DNA from: a virus
DNA: 38,677 nt
Direction: 5' to 3' (one strand)
IMG/VR virus record: IMGVR_UViG_3300049437_000037
Below are positions 1-7,340 of this stretch, in pieces. The notes beneath the pieces were generated by a model, which did not search any database, was not told the DNA's origin, and saw only the letters and a program-made list of their open reading frames with translations. Position 1 is the first letter of the stretch. Each line of letters starts with the position of its first letter. A program made the translations under genes and the position numbers.

Positions 1-127
1 GCCTGCACCGCAATGAATGCACGATGCCCGGTCTGCCGGCGACGGAACTGCACGACCAAACACCGCGTGGCGCGGCTGGCGCGGTTGGATCGGCGTTCGC
101 GGTCCTACGTGCGACACGGCGTGTCAC
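1..127. repeat. Left copy of an exact 127-bp terminal direct repeat (circular-assembly overlap)
   Basis: Bases 1-127 read identically to 38551-38677. The window starts and ends exactly on the repeat. Confidence 0.95.
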
Positions 128-165
128 GCGGCGTGTCACACGGCGCATCGCACGGCGCGTGGACG
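113..165. repeat. 12-bp-period tandem repeat (GGCGTGTCAC-type, about 4 units, degenerating) containing the palindrome GACACG-G-CGTGTC; candidate integrase arm-type or attP element
   Basis: GGCGTGTCAC occurs at 118-127 and 130-139, followed by degenerate units GGCGCATCGCAC and GGCGCGTGG. The palindrome spans 113-125. The repeat lies in the non-coding gap next to the int 3' end. Confidence 0.5.
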
Positions 166-221
166 GGTGGGGTAGGAATTTCCACGGAAATGGGCCCGGA
201 TCGGATCGCTCAGGAACGTCG

Positions 222-1541
222 TCAGGAGCGGCGCGGCCAGTTGGGCGCGGCGAATACCATGCCGGGTTCACCGCCGGGCGCGCCATCGGGCGCTGCGCTG
301 GGAGCGGTCTGCAGGTCGGACGGGCCTCCAGCTGGACCGCCAGATGGGCCACCGGTGGCCGGGCCGTCCGTGGCAGCGTAATACGGGCGCATGAGGCGTT
401 CCAGGTCCTCTTCATCCGCCGGTGCGTAGATCCGGCGGGTGGTGTTGATGGACTGATGCCCCAGGACAGCCTGCACGTCGTCGAGCTGTGCGCCCCAGTG
501 TTTCAGCCCGCGCGCCGTGTAGTGGCGGAATAGGTGCGGCCGCGCGCCCGGCACCCCAACGCCGGCGCCGGTGCGGCGCACGATGTCATACAGCCCGCTG
601 GAGGTCAGCGGGGCGGGGCGGACGCTGCTCCGGATCCACAGGGCCTCGATGTCGGTCATGACGGCCGTCTCGACCAGGTGCGCGCGCTCGACCAGGTAGG
701 CCGCGATCGAGGCCTGGGCGCGCGGCGAAAAGCAGATCGAGCGGATGTAGCCGCCTTTCCCCAAGATGCTCGCCGACTGGGCGACGGCGTGCCCGCCCGG
801 ATTCTCGCGCCACACGTCGGCGACGGTCAGGCTCATCAGCTCGGCGCGCCGGGCAGCGGTTGAGAACAGGGCGTCGATCAGGGCGCGGTTGCGCAGGACA
901 GTCAGCCGGTCGAACGGGTGGCGGTCGTCGGGCAGGGGCACGGTGTACCAGTACTCGCGCAGCCGCTCGAAGCCGGCCGGAACGCGCACGATCTGCACGA
1001 TGCGGTGCTCTCGGCCGCGGGCGTTCTTCAGGCGCTCGATCTCGTGCACGACCTGCACGCCGGCGGGCGCGCGGCCCAGGGTTTCGAGGTACAGCAGGAA
1101 GCGACGCAGCGCGGCGGTGTACAGCCGGCGGGTGGTCCAGGCGTAGCCGTCGCCGGCCAGGTCGGCATCGAACAGGGCCATGCAGCCCGGCGCGAGCGGC
1201 CGGGCGTAGTGGTTGAAGCGGTTGATGGCGCAGCGGTAGGCGCGCAGAGTGGCATCGGATGCCCAGCTCGTCAGCTTGAGCCATAGGTCCACGTCTTGGG
1301 CGTCAACGTCTTGGGGTTGGATGGGTGTCTCCTGTCCACTGGGTGGGGGCCCACCGGGTGGGGGCCTGCCCGGAGGCGCGCCAGGTGGCGGAACCAGGTT
1401 CCTCACAGGTTTAGGCCGGCCAGCGACCGGTCGGCCTAAAGGGGTGCCGGCACTCACGGTTCCCGGATCCGCGGAACCCGGTTCCGGAATGCCCCCATCG
1501 CTCGCGTCGTGTACGGTCGATGCGTCCGTGATGTGGTGCAT
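222..1541 (-). CDS. int: Tyrosine recombinase / phage integrase
   Basis: 439-aa ORF. It has box I 'TAARRAELMSLTVADV' and a C-terminal catalytic region 'HLFRHYTARGL...VLGHQSINTTRRIYA' (R..HxxR..H..Y pattern). The N-terminus is Pro/Gly-rich and the C-terminal tail is low-complexity. Confidence 0.9.
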   Translation of the reverse strand: MHHITDASTVHDASDGGIPEPGSADPGTVSAGTPLGRPVAGRPKPVRNLVPPPGAPPGRPPPGGPPPSGQETPIQPQDVDAQDVDLWLKLTSWASDATLRAYRCAINRFNHYARPLAPGCMALFDADLAGDGYAWTTRRLYTAALRRFLLYLETLGRAPAGVQVVHEIERLKNARGREHRIVQIVRVPAGFERLREYWYTVPLPDDRHPFDRLTVLRNRALIDALFSTAARRAELMSLTVADVWRENPGGHAVAQSASILGKGGYIRSICFSPRAQASIAAYLVERAHLVETAVMTDIEALWIRSSVRPAPLTSSGLYDIVRRTGAGVGVPGARPHLFRHYTARGLKHWGAQLDDVQAVLGHQSINTTRRIYAPADEEDLERLMRPYYAATDGPATGGPSGGPAGGPSDLQTAPSAAPDGAPGGEPGMVFAAPNWPRRS

Positions 1542-1591
1542 GGCGATGGGCCCCCATGATAGTCACTTGTTGTCGTTTTGTCATCCTGTCG

Positions 1592-3229
1592 TCAACGGGC
1601 TGGGCGGGTGTCTGGGCAGGTGCCTGGGCGGGTGCCTGGGCAGGCCCGCCGAATGGACCGCGTCAGTTGGGCGGCGGCGGACTCCTGGTATTGCTCGCTG
1701 CGCTGGAGGCGCTCGCGTTCATGCGCGGCGCGTCGGAGCGCGCCCAGGGCGTCGGTGCGCAGGCGGTGGCCGAGGGCCTGGAAATCGTAATCCGCCGGCG
1801 ACACGCCCAGCCAGCGGTCACCGGCGCGCCGGGCGAGGGTGGGGCCGACGATCTCGCTGTCGCTGAGGGTGGCCAGGGCCTTGCTGACGGTGCCCTTGGC
1901 GCGGCCGGTGCGCTCGACCAGCTCACGTTGGGTCAGGGGTTCGTCCTGAATGGCCATCCAGACGTCGTAGGTGGCTTTGCCGAGGCCGTGGTACTCCCAG
2001 ACGCCCCAAAACCGGGGGTGACCGGGCAGAGTTTCCTGCGGTCTCACTTCCTCATGTTTGGTAGGCAGGGAAGTGAGACCGCAGGAAACTGCGATACTTC
2101 CCCCAACGGGCCGAAGACGCCATTTTTGCGAGTTGTTGCCCACGGCGCGGGGTCCGGGATCCACCAGGCCGGCGCGCTGGAGTCTGCGATTGGCCTTGGC
2201 CATGGTGTGCTGGCTGTAGGCGTTGGCTTCTGACTGGGTTCGGCTGGCCAGGTGGTAGGTGAGGGCGCCCGAGTCGTAGCATCTCTGGCAGTGCATCAGG
2301 TAGGCAGTCCGAGAGCTGACACCGGTTCGGCCTGGCCATGGCGCAGCAAGCGCCCAGTCGTGGCAGGCGAGTGCGAGGTTCCGGGCCTGGGTCCATTCGG
2401 CCCGATCGGGCTTTGTCGAGGCCTTGTGGAAGAGGACGCGCAGGTAGGGTTCGGCCTGGTTGCGGTCTGAGGGTCGCAAGCTGTCTTTGTAGGTCAGGTA
2501 CTGGCTGGCGTGCTGGCTGTAGGGGATCCACGTTCTGACCTGGTCGTAGGTCCAGCCGGCCAGGTAAAGGCTCATGACCAGCGCGGCATCGAGTTCGCTG
2601 CGTGATTTATAGCGTTTGCCGGGGCCGATCTCGTCGTTGAGCTTGCCATCGGCGATGGCCTGCGCCAGGCGGGGCACTCGGTGGCGGGGTGCATCGTCGT
2701 ACTCCAGCTCGATGGGCAGCTCTTCGCAGACGGGGATGCTGGCAGGATGGCTGAGCCAGGTGTAGGGGTGGCCGGTTTTAAGGTTGGTGGAGGGTGGGGC
2801 GAGGACGTAGGCGCCCATGCCGCGCACTTCGCCCCAGTGGTGGGTCTTGGTGCGGACCTGGCGCTTCGAGCGTTCGTAGATGTGAACGCCACGCTGGGTC
2901 TTGACCACCCAGGTGTCGAGCTTGCCGGCCAGCGCGAGATCGAGCCAGGCCTGGTTGTTGAACTGGTCTGGGTGATCGACGTCGAGCGCGTAGCTGTTGC
3001 CGGATGGTTTGCCAGTGATGATGCCGACGTTCAGGGCGTCGTGCGAGAACCATTTCTCGACCTCGCTGCGGGGCTGGCGCCAGTAGTACCAGCGCCTCAA
3101 GGGGAAGCCCGCTGCGGGGCCTTTGCCCTCACCCTTGGGATCATTGGTCCCGTCGTTGCATGGGACCACGTTCCAGCCCATCCTGTGGAACTCCATGGCT
3201 GCGTCGTAGATCACATCGGGCGTCTGCAT
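1592..3229 (-). CDS. Bifunctional DNA primase/polymerase (PrimPol/AEP) with C-terminal winged-helix DNA-binding domain; replication initiator
   Basis: AEP motifs are present: 'YALDVDH' (DxD), 'TQRGVHIY' (sxH) and 'VRGMGAYVLAPPS'. The C-terminus 'LTQRELVERTGRAKGTVSKALATLSDSEIV' looks like a MarR-type wHTH. The ATG at 3229 is preferred over the GTG at 3265, which is the maximal ORF and has no SD. Confidence 0.8.
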   Translation of the reverse strand: MQTPDVIYDAAMEFHRMGWNVVPCNDGTNDPKGEGKGPAAGFPLRRWYYWRQPRSEVEKWFSHDALNVGIITGKPSGNSYALDVDHPDQFNNQAWLDLALAGKLDTWVVKTQRGVHIYERSKRQVRTKTHHWGEVRGMGAYVLAPPSTNLKTGHPYTWLSHPASIPVCEELPIELEYDDAPRHRVPRLAQAIADGKLNDEIGPGKRYKSRSELDAALVMSLYLAGWTYDQVRTWIPYSQHASQYLTYKDSLRPSDRNQAEPYLRVLFHKASTKPDRAEWTQARNLALACHDWALAAPWPGRTGVSSRTAYLMHCQRCYDSGALTYHLASRTQSEANAYSQHTMAKANRRLQRAGLVDPGPRAVGNNSQKWRLRPVGGSIAVSCGLTSLPTKHEEVRPQETLPGHPRFWGVWEYHGLGKATYDVWMAIQDEPLTQRELVERTGRAKGTVSKALATLSDSEIVGPTLARRAGDRWLGVSPADYDFQALGHRLRTDALGALRRAAHERERLQRSEQYQESAAAQLTRSIRRACPGTRPGTCPDTRPAR

Positions 3230-3397
3230 CTGTGCTCTATCTCGATTGGTGCACGTGGGTGTCACCGGTGGGTGGTGATGGTTACACTGAGTTGCGACAA
3301 TGGCGACCGTGACTGGATAGGTACACGAACAGGTGTTCGAATTGCTTCATTCGTAACAAGTTGGGTGGTTTCCCTACAGACGGGAGCGGGCCGAGGA

Positions 3398-3426
3398 TGT
3401 ATACTGGGGCTGTGCAGGGGTGCCAA
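3398..3426 (-). promoter_or_regulatory. Candidate sigma70-like promoter for the leftward PrimPol/int transcript
   Basis: On the minus strand: TTGGCA (comp 3421-3426), 17 nt, TATACA (comp 3398-3403). Confidence 0.35.
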
Positions 3427-3439
3427 ATCTTGCACGACC

Positions 3440-3477
3440 AGTCTGCTCGGGGTTACCGCTCCGGGCAGACTTTTTTT
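3440..3477 (+). terminator. Intrinsic-terminator-like hairpin plus T7 tract, oriented for the plus strand
   Basis: A 13-bp stem (3440-3452 paired with 3459-3471, including two G-U pairs) with loop TTACCG, followed by a T-run to 3477. On the minus strand the G-U pairs become A-C mismatches and an A-run precedes the stem. Confidence 0.45.
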
Positions 3478-3925
3478 ATGGAGCCGCCTGTGGCGTCGCC
3501 TGGGCCAGATGGGCGACGAAGAGACCGAGTTGGTTGGGATTGATGCGGGGGTAGCGGCGCATCGTGAGGGCTGCACTGTTGGCCAACCGGTTGGCTGTGC
3601 GGCTGGCCGGCCGGCTGGACTGATGATACCGGCTGTTAACATCAGTTGGACGATAACTAGGGTCCCCACTTCCCATAACGCTACCCCTCTTCGCTTTTGG
3701 GAGCGCCTCCACAGCTCGCCGGCTGGTAAACCGCTGAATGCGCGCATTGGGCATTTCGGTCAGAAACTGGAAGACCGGCAAATCTCCCATACTCATCGCG
3801 TTCGAAATGGCTGGGATAGACACGCCGCGCAGCCTGGCGGCCTCGCTTATGGATATTAGATCGTCCTGATCGACCTCGACTTGCGTCGGAATCCAGTCGT
3901 ATCGAAAGACTTGGATCTTGCTCAT
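3476..3925 (-). CDS. Excisionase-family (HTH_17-like) helix-turn-helix DNA-binding protein; candidate repressor or Xis
   Basis: 'ISISEAARLRGVSIPAISNAMSMGDLPVFQF' matches the excisionase/MerR-type HTH pattern. A strong SD (GGAGGAGGAA) lies 5 nt upstream of the ATG at 3925. The upstream in-frame ATG at 3970 lacks an SD. Confidence 0.65.
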   Translation of the reverse strand: MSKIQVFRYDWIPTQVEVDQDDLISISEAARLRGVSIPAISNAMSMGDLPVFQFLTEMPNARIQRFTSRRAVEALPKAKRGSVMGSGDPSYRPTDVNSRYHQSSRPASRTANRLANSAALTMRRYPRINPNQLGLFVAHLAQATPQAAP

Positions 3926-3941
3926 CAATTCCTCCTCCTGA

Positions 3942-4008
3942 ACCCTACAGCAGATATGCCTATTTGTCAATATACCGTATTGACTTTTGATTCATGAAGT
4001 TGTATATA
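3942..4008. promoter_or_regulatory. Back-to-back divergent promoters sharing one palindromic operator (candidate genetic switch)
   Basis: Rightward: TTGACT (3981-3986), 16 nt, TATATA (4003-4008). Leftward: TTGACA (comp 3965-3970), 17 nt, TAGGGT (comp 3942-3947). The inverted repeat GTCAATA-N5-TATTGAC (3966-3984) overlaps both -35 boxes. The region is an AT-rich island. Confidence 0.55.
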
Positions 4009-4055
4009 GAGTCAAGTTAGCAGGACAAGACCCAGAACACACAAGGAGCGTACGA

Positions 4056-4304
4056 ATGCCAAAGCAAACGAAGAAACCCAATCCCCGGCGGGCCAAGCTG
4101 GAGAAGATTCAGACCAAGCTGGCCATGTTCCTGGTCGAAGTGACGTTCGTCGAGGAGTCGGAAGTCCAGAAGGGGATCGGCGACGTGATCGTGGCGCTGG
4201 ACAAGGTCGGCGACATGATCGAGGCGAATGACGCGGCGGCAGAGGCTGCGGCCAGCTCGGGCGCGGCGGATCAAGGGGGAACCACCAGTGAACTGGAACA
4301 GTAA
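4056..4304 (+). CDS. Hypothetical early protein (82 aa), first gene of the rightward operon
   Basis: AAGGAG (4043-4048) lies 7 nt upstream of the ATG at 4056. The N-terminus is basic and the C-terminus is acidic and Ala-rich. Confidence 0.6.
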   Translation: MPKQTKKPNPRRAKLEKIQTKLAMFLVEVTFVEESEVQKGIGDVIVALDKVGDMIEANDAAAEAAASSGAADQGGTTSELEQ

Positions 4305-4599
4305 TCAGGCGGCTGAAGCGGTCGAGGCGCGGGTTTGTGCGCAGGAGCGTGAGGGAAGGGGGGGCCTGCTGACGTTGATGCTGGTGGTGGCGGCGTTGAC
4401 GGCGTTGGCGGTCGTCCTGCTGCTGATGTCGGCGAGGCCGGCGGGGGCATCCAGCGTGGGCGCGCCGGCGTCGGTGCCGGCGACGGGACTGCGGGCGTGC
4501 CCGTGCCCGCATGGGGTCCGGGGGCCGTGCCAGTGGCGGCTGGTGTCGATTGAGCCGCCGTGGTCGTCGTGTGTGCCGGTGAGCTGGCGGCGGCGCTAG
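4288..4599 (+). CDS. Hypothetical small membrane protein (one TM helix)
   Basis: The GTG at 4288 is preceded by AAGGGGGA. The hydrophobic stretch is 'LLTLMLVVAALTALAVVLLLM'. Third-position G/C is high. Confidence 0.45.
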   Translation: MNWNSNQAAEAVEARVCAQEREGRGGLLTLMLVVAALTALAVVLLLMSARPAGASSVGAPASVPATGLRACPCPHGVRGPCQWRLVSIEPPWSSCVPVSWRRR

Positions 4600-4638
4600 A
4601 AGCGGCGCTGACAGGCGCTGGGGCGTGAGTAGGTTGCC

Positions 4639-5049
4639 ATGATCTCGACTTGGAACATTCATCAGGCTAAGCAGGCGGCGCGCGAGGCCAGGGCATGGAT
4701 CGCGGCGCATGAGCCGGGGGTTGACGAGTTTCTGGCCTGGCGGGATCTGGTCGATACGTTGGAACTGCGGGCCGAAATGTTAGACGACTATCGCCTGCGC
4801 GACTATCGAACCATGCGCGAATGGTTGGCGCTGCATGAGCCAGGTGAGCCAATCGACGCAGGCTGGTGGGACTGGCACATGGCATTGGCGGCGATCGAGG
4901 GCGCGATTCGGTTGGTCGATGAGCGGCCGGTTTGGGCAGTACGAACACAGGAGACGCATGACGAAATCACCAGAGCAACGACGACGGCGGCTGAAGCAGG
5001 TGCGGGACAGGCTAACCGCGTTTCAACAGGCGATGACGTTCGAGGATGA
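4639..5049 (+). CDS. Hypothetical protein
   Basis: 136-aa ORF. Codon third-position GC is high until about 4955, then drops where the next ORF takes over. Confidence 0.5.
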   Translation: MISTWNIHQAKQAAREARAWIAAHEPGVDEFLAWRDLVDTLELRAEMLDDYRLRDYRTMREWLALHEPGEPIDAGWWDWHMALAAIEGAIRLVDERPVWAVRTQETHDEITRATTTAAEAGAGQANRVSTGDDVRG

Positions 5050-5209
5050 GGACCTGGTGCGGTCGGAACTGGACGGGGCGCTGCGCCACGTGGATCAGGC
5101 GATCCGGCACGTGGCGGACCGGGATCGCGAGGCGCGCCAGGCGGAGTTCGGTTTGCGGGCAGGGGCAGGCGCCCGCGCACGTGCGTCAGGAGGGGGCCAT
5201 GGGCGTTAG
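4958..5209 (+). CDS. Hypothetical protein (83 aa, helical, Arg-rich)
   Basis: AGGAGA lies 5 nt upstream of the ATG at 4958, and GC3 is high in this frame. Confidence 0.55.
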   Translation: MTKSPEQRRRRLKQVRDRLTAFQQAMTFEDEDLVRSELDGALRHVDQAIRHVADRDREARQAEFGLRAGAGARARASGGGHGR

Positions 5210-5576
5210 TTTGGAGCCGATCCGGCGAATCGAGGTGCCCGAGCGCGGGCATGTGAGCGTGATCCCGTACACCTCGCACACCACGATCAGCGCGTGTGTG
5301 GACAACGGGGTGGGGTGGTGGACGACGGAGGTGTATCGCGTGGACGTGACCGACGAGCAGTTCGCCCAGCGGGTGGACAGTGCGATCGGGCATGCCAAGC
5401 TGGTGTTGGAGCTGGAGGCGTTGCGCCAGGTGCGCGACGTGTTTATGCGGCTGGTGGAAGCGCGGCTGAAGTGCAGCGTGGCGCTGGCCGACGAAGCGGC
5501 CATGCCGCCGATGGAGCAGTACCACCAGGCGTGGACGGAAGCGCTGAAGACCTACGTGGGCCTGCGGCGCGAATAG
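5199..5576 (+). CDS. Hypothetical protein (125 aa)
   Basis: GGAGGGGG lies upstream of the ATG at 5199. This is the internal start of ORF 5046..5576. Confidence 0.6.
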   Translation: MGVSLEPIRRIEVPERGHVSVIPYTSHTTISACVDNGVGWWTTEVYRVDVTDEQFAQRVDSAIGHAKLVLELEALRQVRDVFMRLVEARLKCSVALADEAAMPPMEQYHQAWTEALKTYVGLRRE

Positions 5577-5606
5577 GGCAACGAATAGGGCAACGAATCA
5601 ACGAAT
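5570..5606 (+). repeat. CGAAT-periodic element, copy A (CGAATAGGGCAA x2, then CGAATCAA, CGAAT)
   Basis: CGAAT occurs at 5570, 5582, 5594 and 5602 (spacings 12, 12, 8). The element ends 13 nt before the ATG at 5620. Confidence 0.7.
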
Positions 5607-5619
5607 GGGAGAAGTGAGC

Positions 5620-6033
5620 ATGGGACAGATCACACGAGTTACCTATGGCCGGCTGACGAGTTTTGGCCGGTATGAAAACGAGCGCATTGGCGCCGATGCA
5701 GCCGTGGCCGAGGGGGAATCGCCGGACCAGGCGCTGGCGACCGTAACGGCGTTCGTCGAGCAGAAGATCGCCGAGCGTGCTGGCGCGCGTCAGCAGGTCG
5801 AACAGTTGGATGACTCGGTCATCCGGCTGCAGAACCAGATGCATGACCTCGAATACGAAATCGGCAAGGCGAAGGAACGCTATGAGACCGTGGCGCGGTT
5901 CATGGCCAAGCATGGCCTGAAGATGCCCGGCTGGCTGGACGAGGTTGAGCAGGAGGCCATTTTGGACGAGGAAGACGAGGAAGACGAGGAAGACGGATCG
6001 ATCCCGGTCAGCGAGCCTGGGTCGCCGTTCTAG
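5620..6033 (+). CDS. Hypothetical coiled-coil protein with a poly-acidic C-terminal tail
   Basis: GGGAGA lies upstream of the ATG at 5620. The C-terminus reads 'DEEDEEDEEDGSIPVSEPGSPF'. Confidence 0.6.
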   Translation: MGQITRVTYGRLTSFGRYENERIGADAAVAEGESPDQALATVTAFVEQKIAERAGARQQVEQLDDSVIRLQNQMHDLEYEIGKAKERYETVARFMAKHGLKMPGWLDEVEQEAILDEEDEEDEEDGSIPVSEPGSPF

Positions 6034-6073
6034 CGTTGCGATTGTTGAGATTGAAGCACGGAGGACCTGAGAG

Positions 6074-6562
6074 ATGAACGCGTTTATTGTGACCGATCCG
6101 GTGGTGGGGCACGTGGCCACGCTGGTCGATGATCCGCTGATTACGAAGTTGGCGAACCGGATGGTGATGGCTTACCTGCGCCAGGGCATGCAGGTGTCGT
6201 TTGAACGTGATAGGGGACTCCGCCTCGCGGAGCAGCCGGGAGATCCGCCGGCGAAAAAAACCATCAGGCGGTCGGCCACGCGCCGGCGTGTGGCGCGCGC
6301 GACGGACGAGGCCGATCAGGCCGGCCAGGCCGAGCCCACCAAGTGGGCGGTGGGCGACCGGCCGTTCCTGAAATGGATCAAGCTGGACGCCGAACAGCAG
6401 GTGCACCTGAGCCAATATGCCATGCAGCGCGGCGAGGTGGTCGAGATCGTGCAGGGGGCAGGTCGGGGCAGCCGGCCGACGTATCGCGTGCGGTTCAACG
6501 GTGACCCAGAGGCGATTGAGTTGAAAGGAAACCAGCTCAGCCGGTCGGCGTACATCAGCTGA
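6074..6562 (+). CDS. Hypothetical protein
   Basis: GGAGGA lies 9 nt upstream of the ATG. 162 aa, with a C-terminal SH3/Tudor-like segment 'GEVVEIVQGAGRGSRPTYRVRF'. Confidence 0.6.
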   Translation: MNAFIVTDPVVGHVATLVDDPLITKLANRMVMAYLRQGMQVSFERDRGLRLAEQPGDPPAKKTIRRSATRRRVARATDEADQAGQAEPTKWAVGDRPFLKWIKLDAEQQVHLSQYAMQRGEVVEIVQGAGRGSRPTYRVRFNGDPEAIELKGNQLSRSAYIS

Positions 6563-6601
6563 CCCAATGAAGTCGAAATGCAGTCGAACGGAGGTTCGAA
6601 C

Positions 6602-6802
6602 ATGGCAGGGAAACCAGCGGTACAACTGAGCCCCGACCGGTTGCAGGCCGGGGCGAAGGTGATGTGGCGGCGTGAGGGCAAACGGTACCCCAGCATCGTG
6701 ACGTTCGTTTCGGTGGCCAAGCAGGACGGCTATGTGATCGTGCGCGACCAGGAGCAGCGGCAGCACACGGTGCCGGTGGGGCAACTGGAGGCGCAGCGAT
6801 GA
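6602..6802 (+). CDS. Hypothetical small protein (SH3/Tudor-like)
   Basis: GGAGG lies upstream of the ATG at 6602. 66 aa. Confidence 0.55.
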   Translation: MAGKPAVQLSPDRLQAGAKVMWRREGKRYPSIVTFVSVAKQDGYVIVRDQEQRQHTVPVGQLEAQR

Positions 6803-7071
6803 CAGCGATGAGCAGGGGCGTGCGCAGGGGCGATCCGGGCGGCACGCGGCAGCCGGTGCTGAATCCGCTATTCCGATTGCTGACGGCTGTGGCAGTGGGG
6901 GCGGCAGTGCGGGCGGTGATCGAAGTGAGCTTGTTCGCCCGGCGGGTCCGGCCAGTGCGGGCGGCGCCGGCGTCGTCGGCCCCGGCGCGCGCCGGCGGCT
7001 CGGACGGGCGGCTGATCCGGTATTGGTACGTGATCCTGGCTGACGGAACGCTGATCCGGGCGAGGCGATAA
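6799..7071 (+). CDS. Hypothetical protein
   Basis: ATGA start/stop overlap with the preceding gene. 90 aa with one hydrophobic segment. Confidence 0.45.
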   Translation: MTAMSRGVRRGDPGGTRQPVLNPLFRLLTAVAVGAAVRAVIEVSLFARRVRPVRAAPASSAPARAGGSDGRLIRYWYVILADGTLIRARR

Positions 7072-7124
7072 GGCAACGGTGCTCAGCGGCGCGAGCGACA
7101 GTGCGCGATACAGGAGATTCACAG

Positions 7125-7340
7125 ATGGAACACGTGATGGTGATTGAAGTGGCTGACATGAAGGTGGCATCCTTTACGCCGGAGGGCTGGAATGAGCCGC
7201 AGCAGGTACACCTGATCATCGGCGTGCCGCTCCCTGGGCTGAAGGCGCTGGTGGTGCGCATTCATAGCCGGGCGGCGCTGGATGAGATCGTGGCGGCGCT
7301 GCAATCGCATGGGGATGAGGTGTTTGGCCATGGAAGGTGA
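7125..7340 (+). CDS. Hypothetical small protein
   Basis: AGGAGA lies upstream of the ATG at 7125. 71 aa. Confidence 0.55.
   Translation: MEHVMVIEVADMKVASFTPEGWNEPQQVHLIIGVPLPGLKALVVRIHSRAALDEIVAALQSHGDEVFGHGR

Noticed and set aside
13-533. Plus-strand ORFs 13..381 and 24..533, spanning the attP-like gap and the int 3' end.
   Set aside because: Their translations are driven by the 12-bp tandem repeat ('VSRGVSHGASHGAW') and by the antisense of the integrase tail. There is no SD, and the region is better explained as a non-coding att/arm region plus int.
3331-3350. GTTCGAA T-loop-like strings, here and at 6592-6598, as possible tRNA genes.
   Set aside because: The flanking sequence cannot form a T-arm stem or the rest of a cloverleaf. 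The 6592 site lies within an SD/start region of a CDS.
5620-6033. Interpreting the acidic C-terminal tail ending '...IPVSEPGSPF' as an SSB-like protein (compare the SSB 'DDDIPF' tip).
   Set aside because: The N-terminal ~100 aa look helical and coiled-coil, with no OB-fold-like pattern, and the tail only loosely resembles the SSB tip. The gene is kept as hypothetical.
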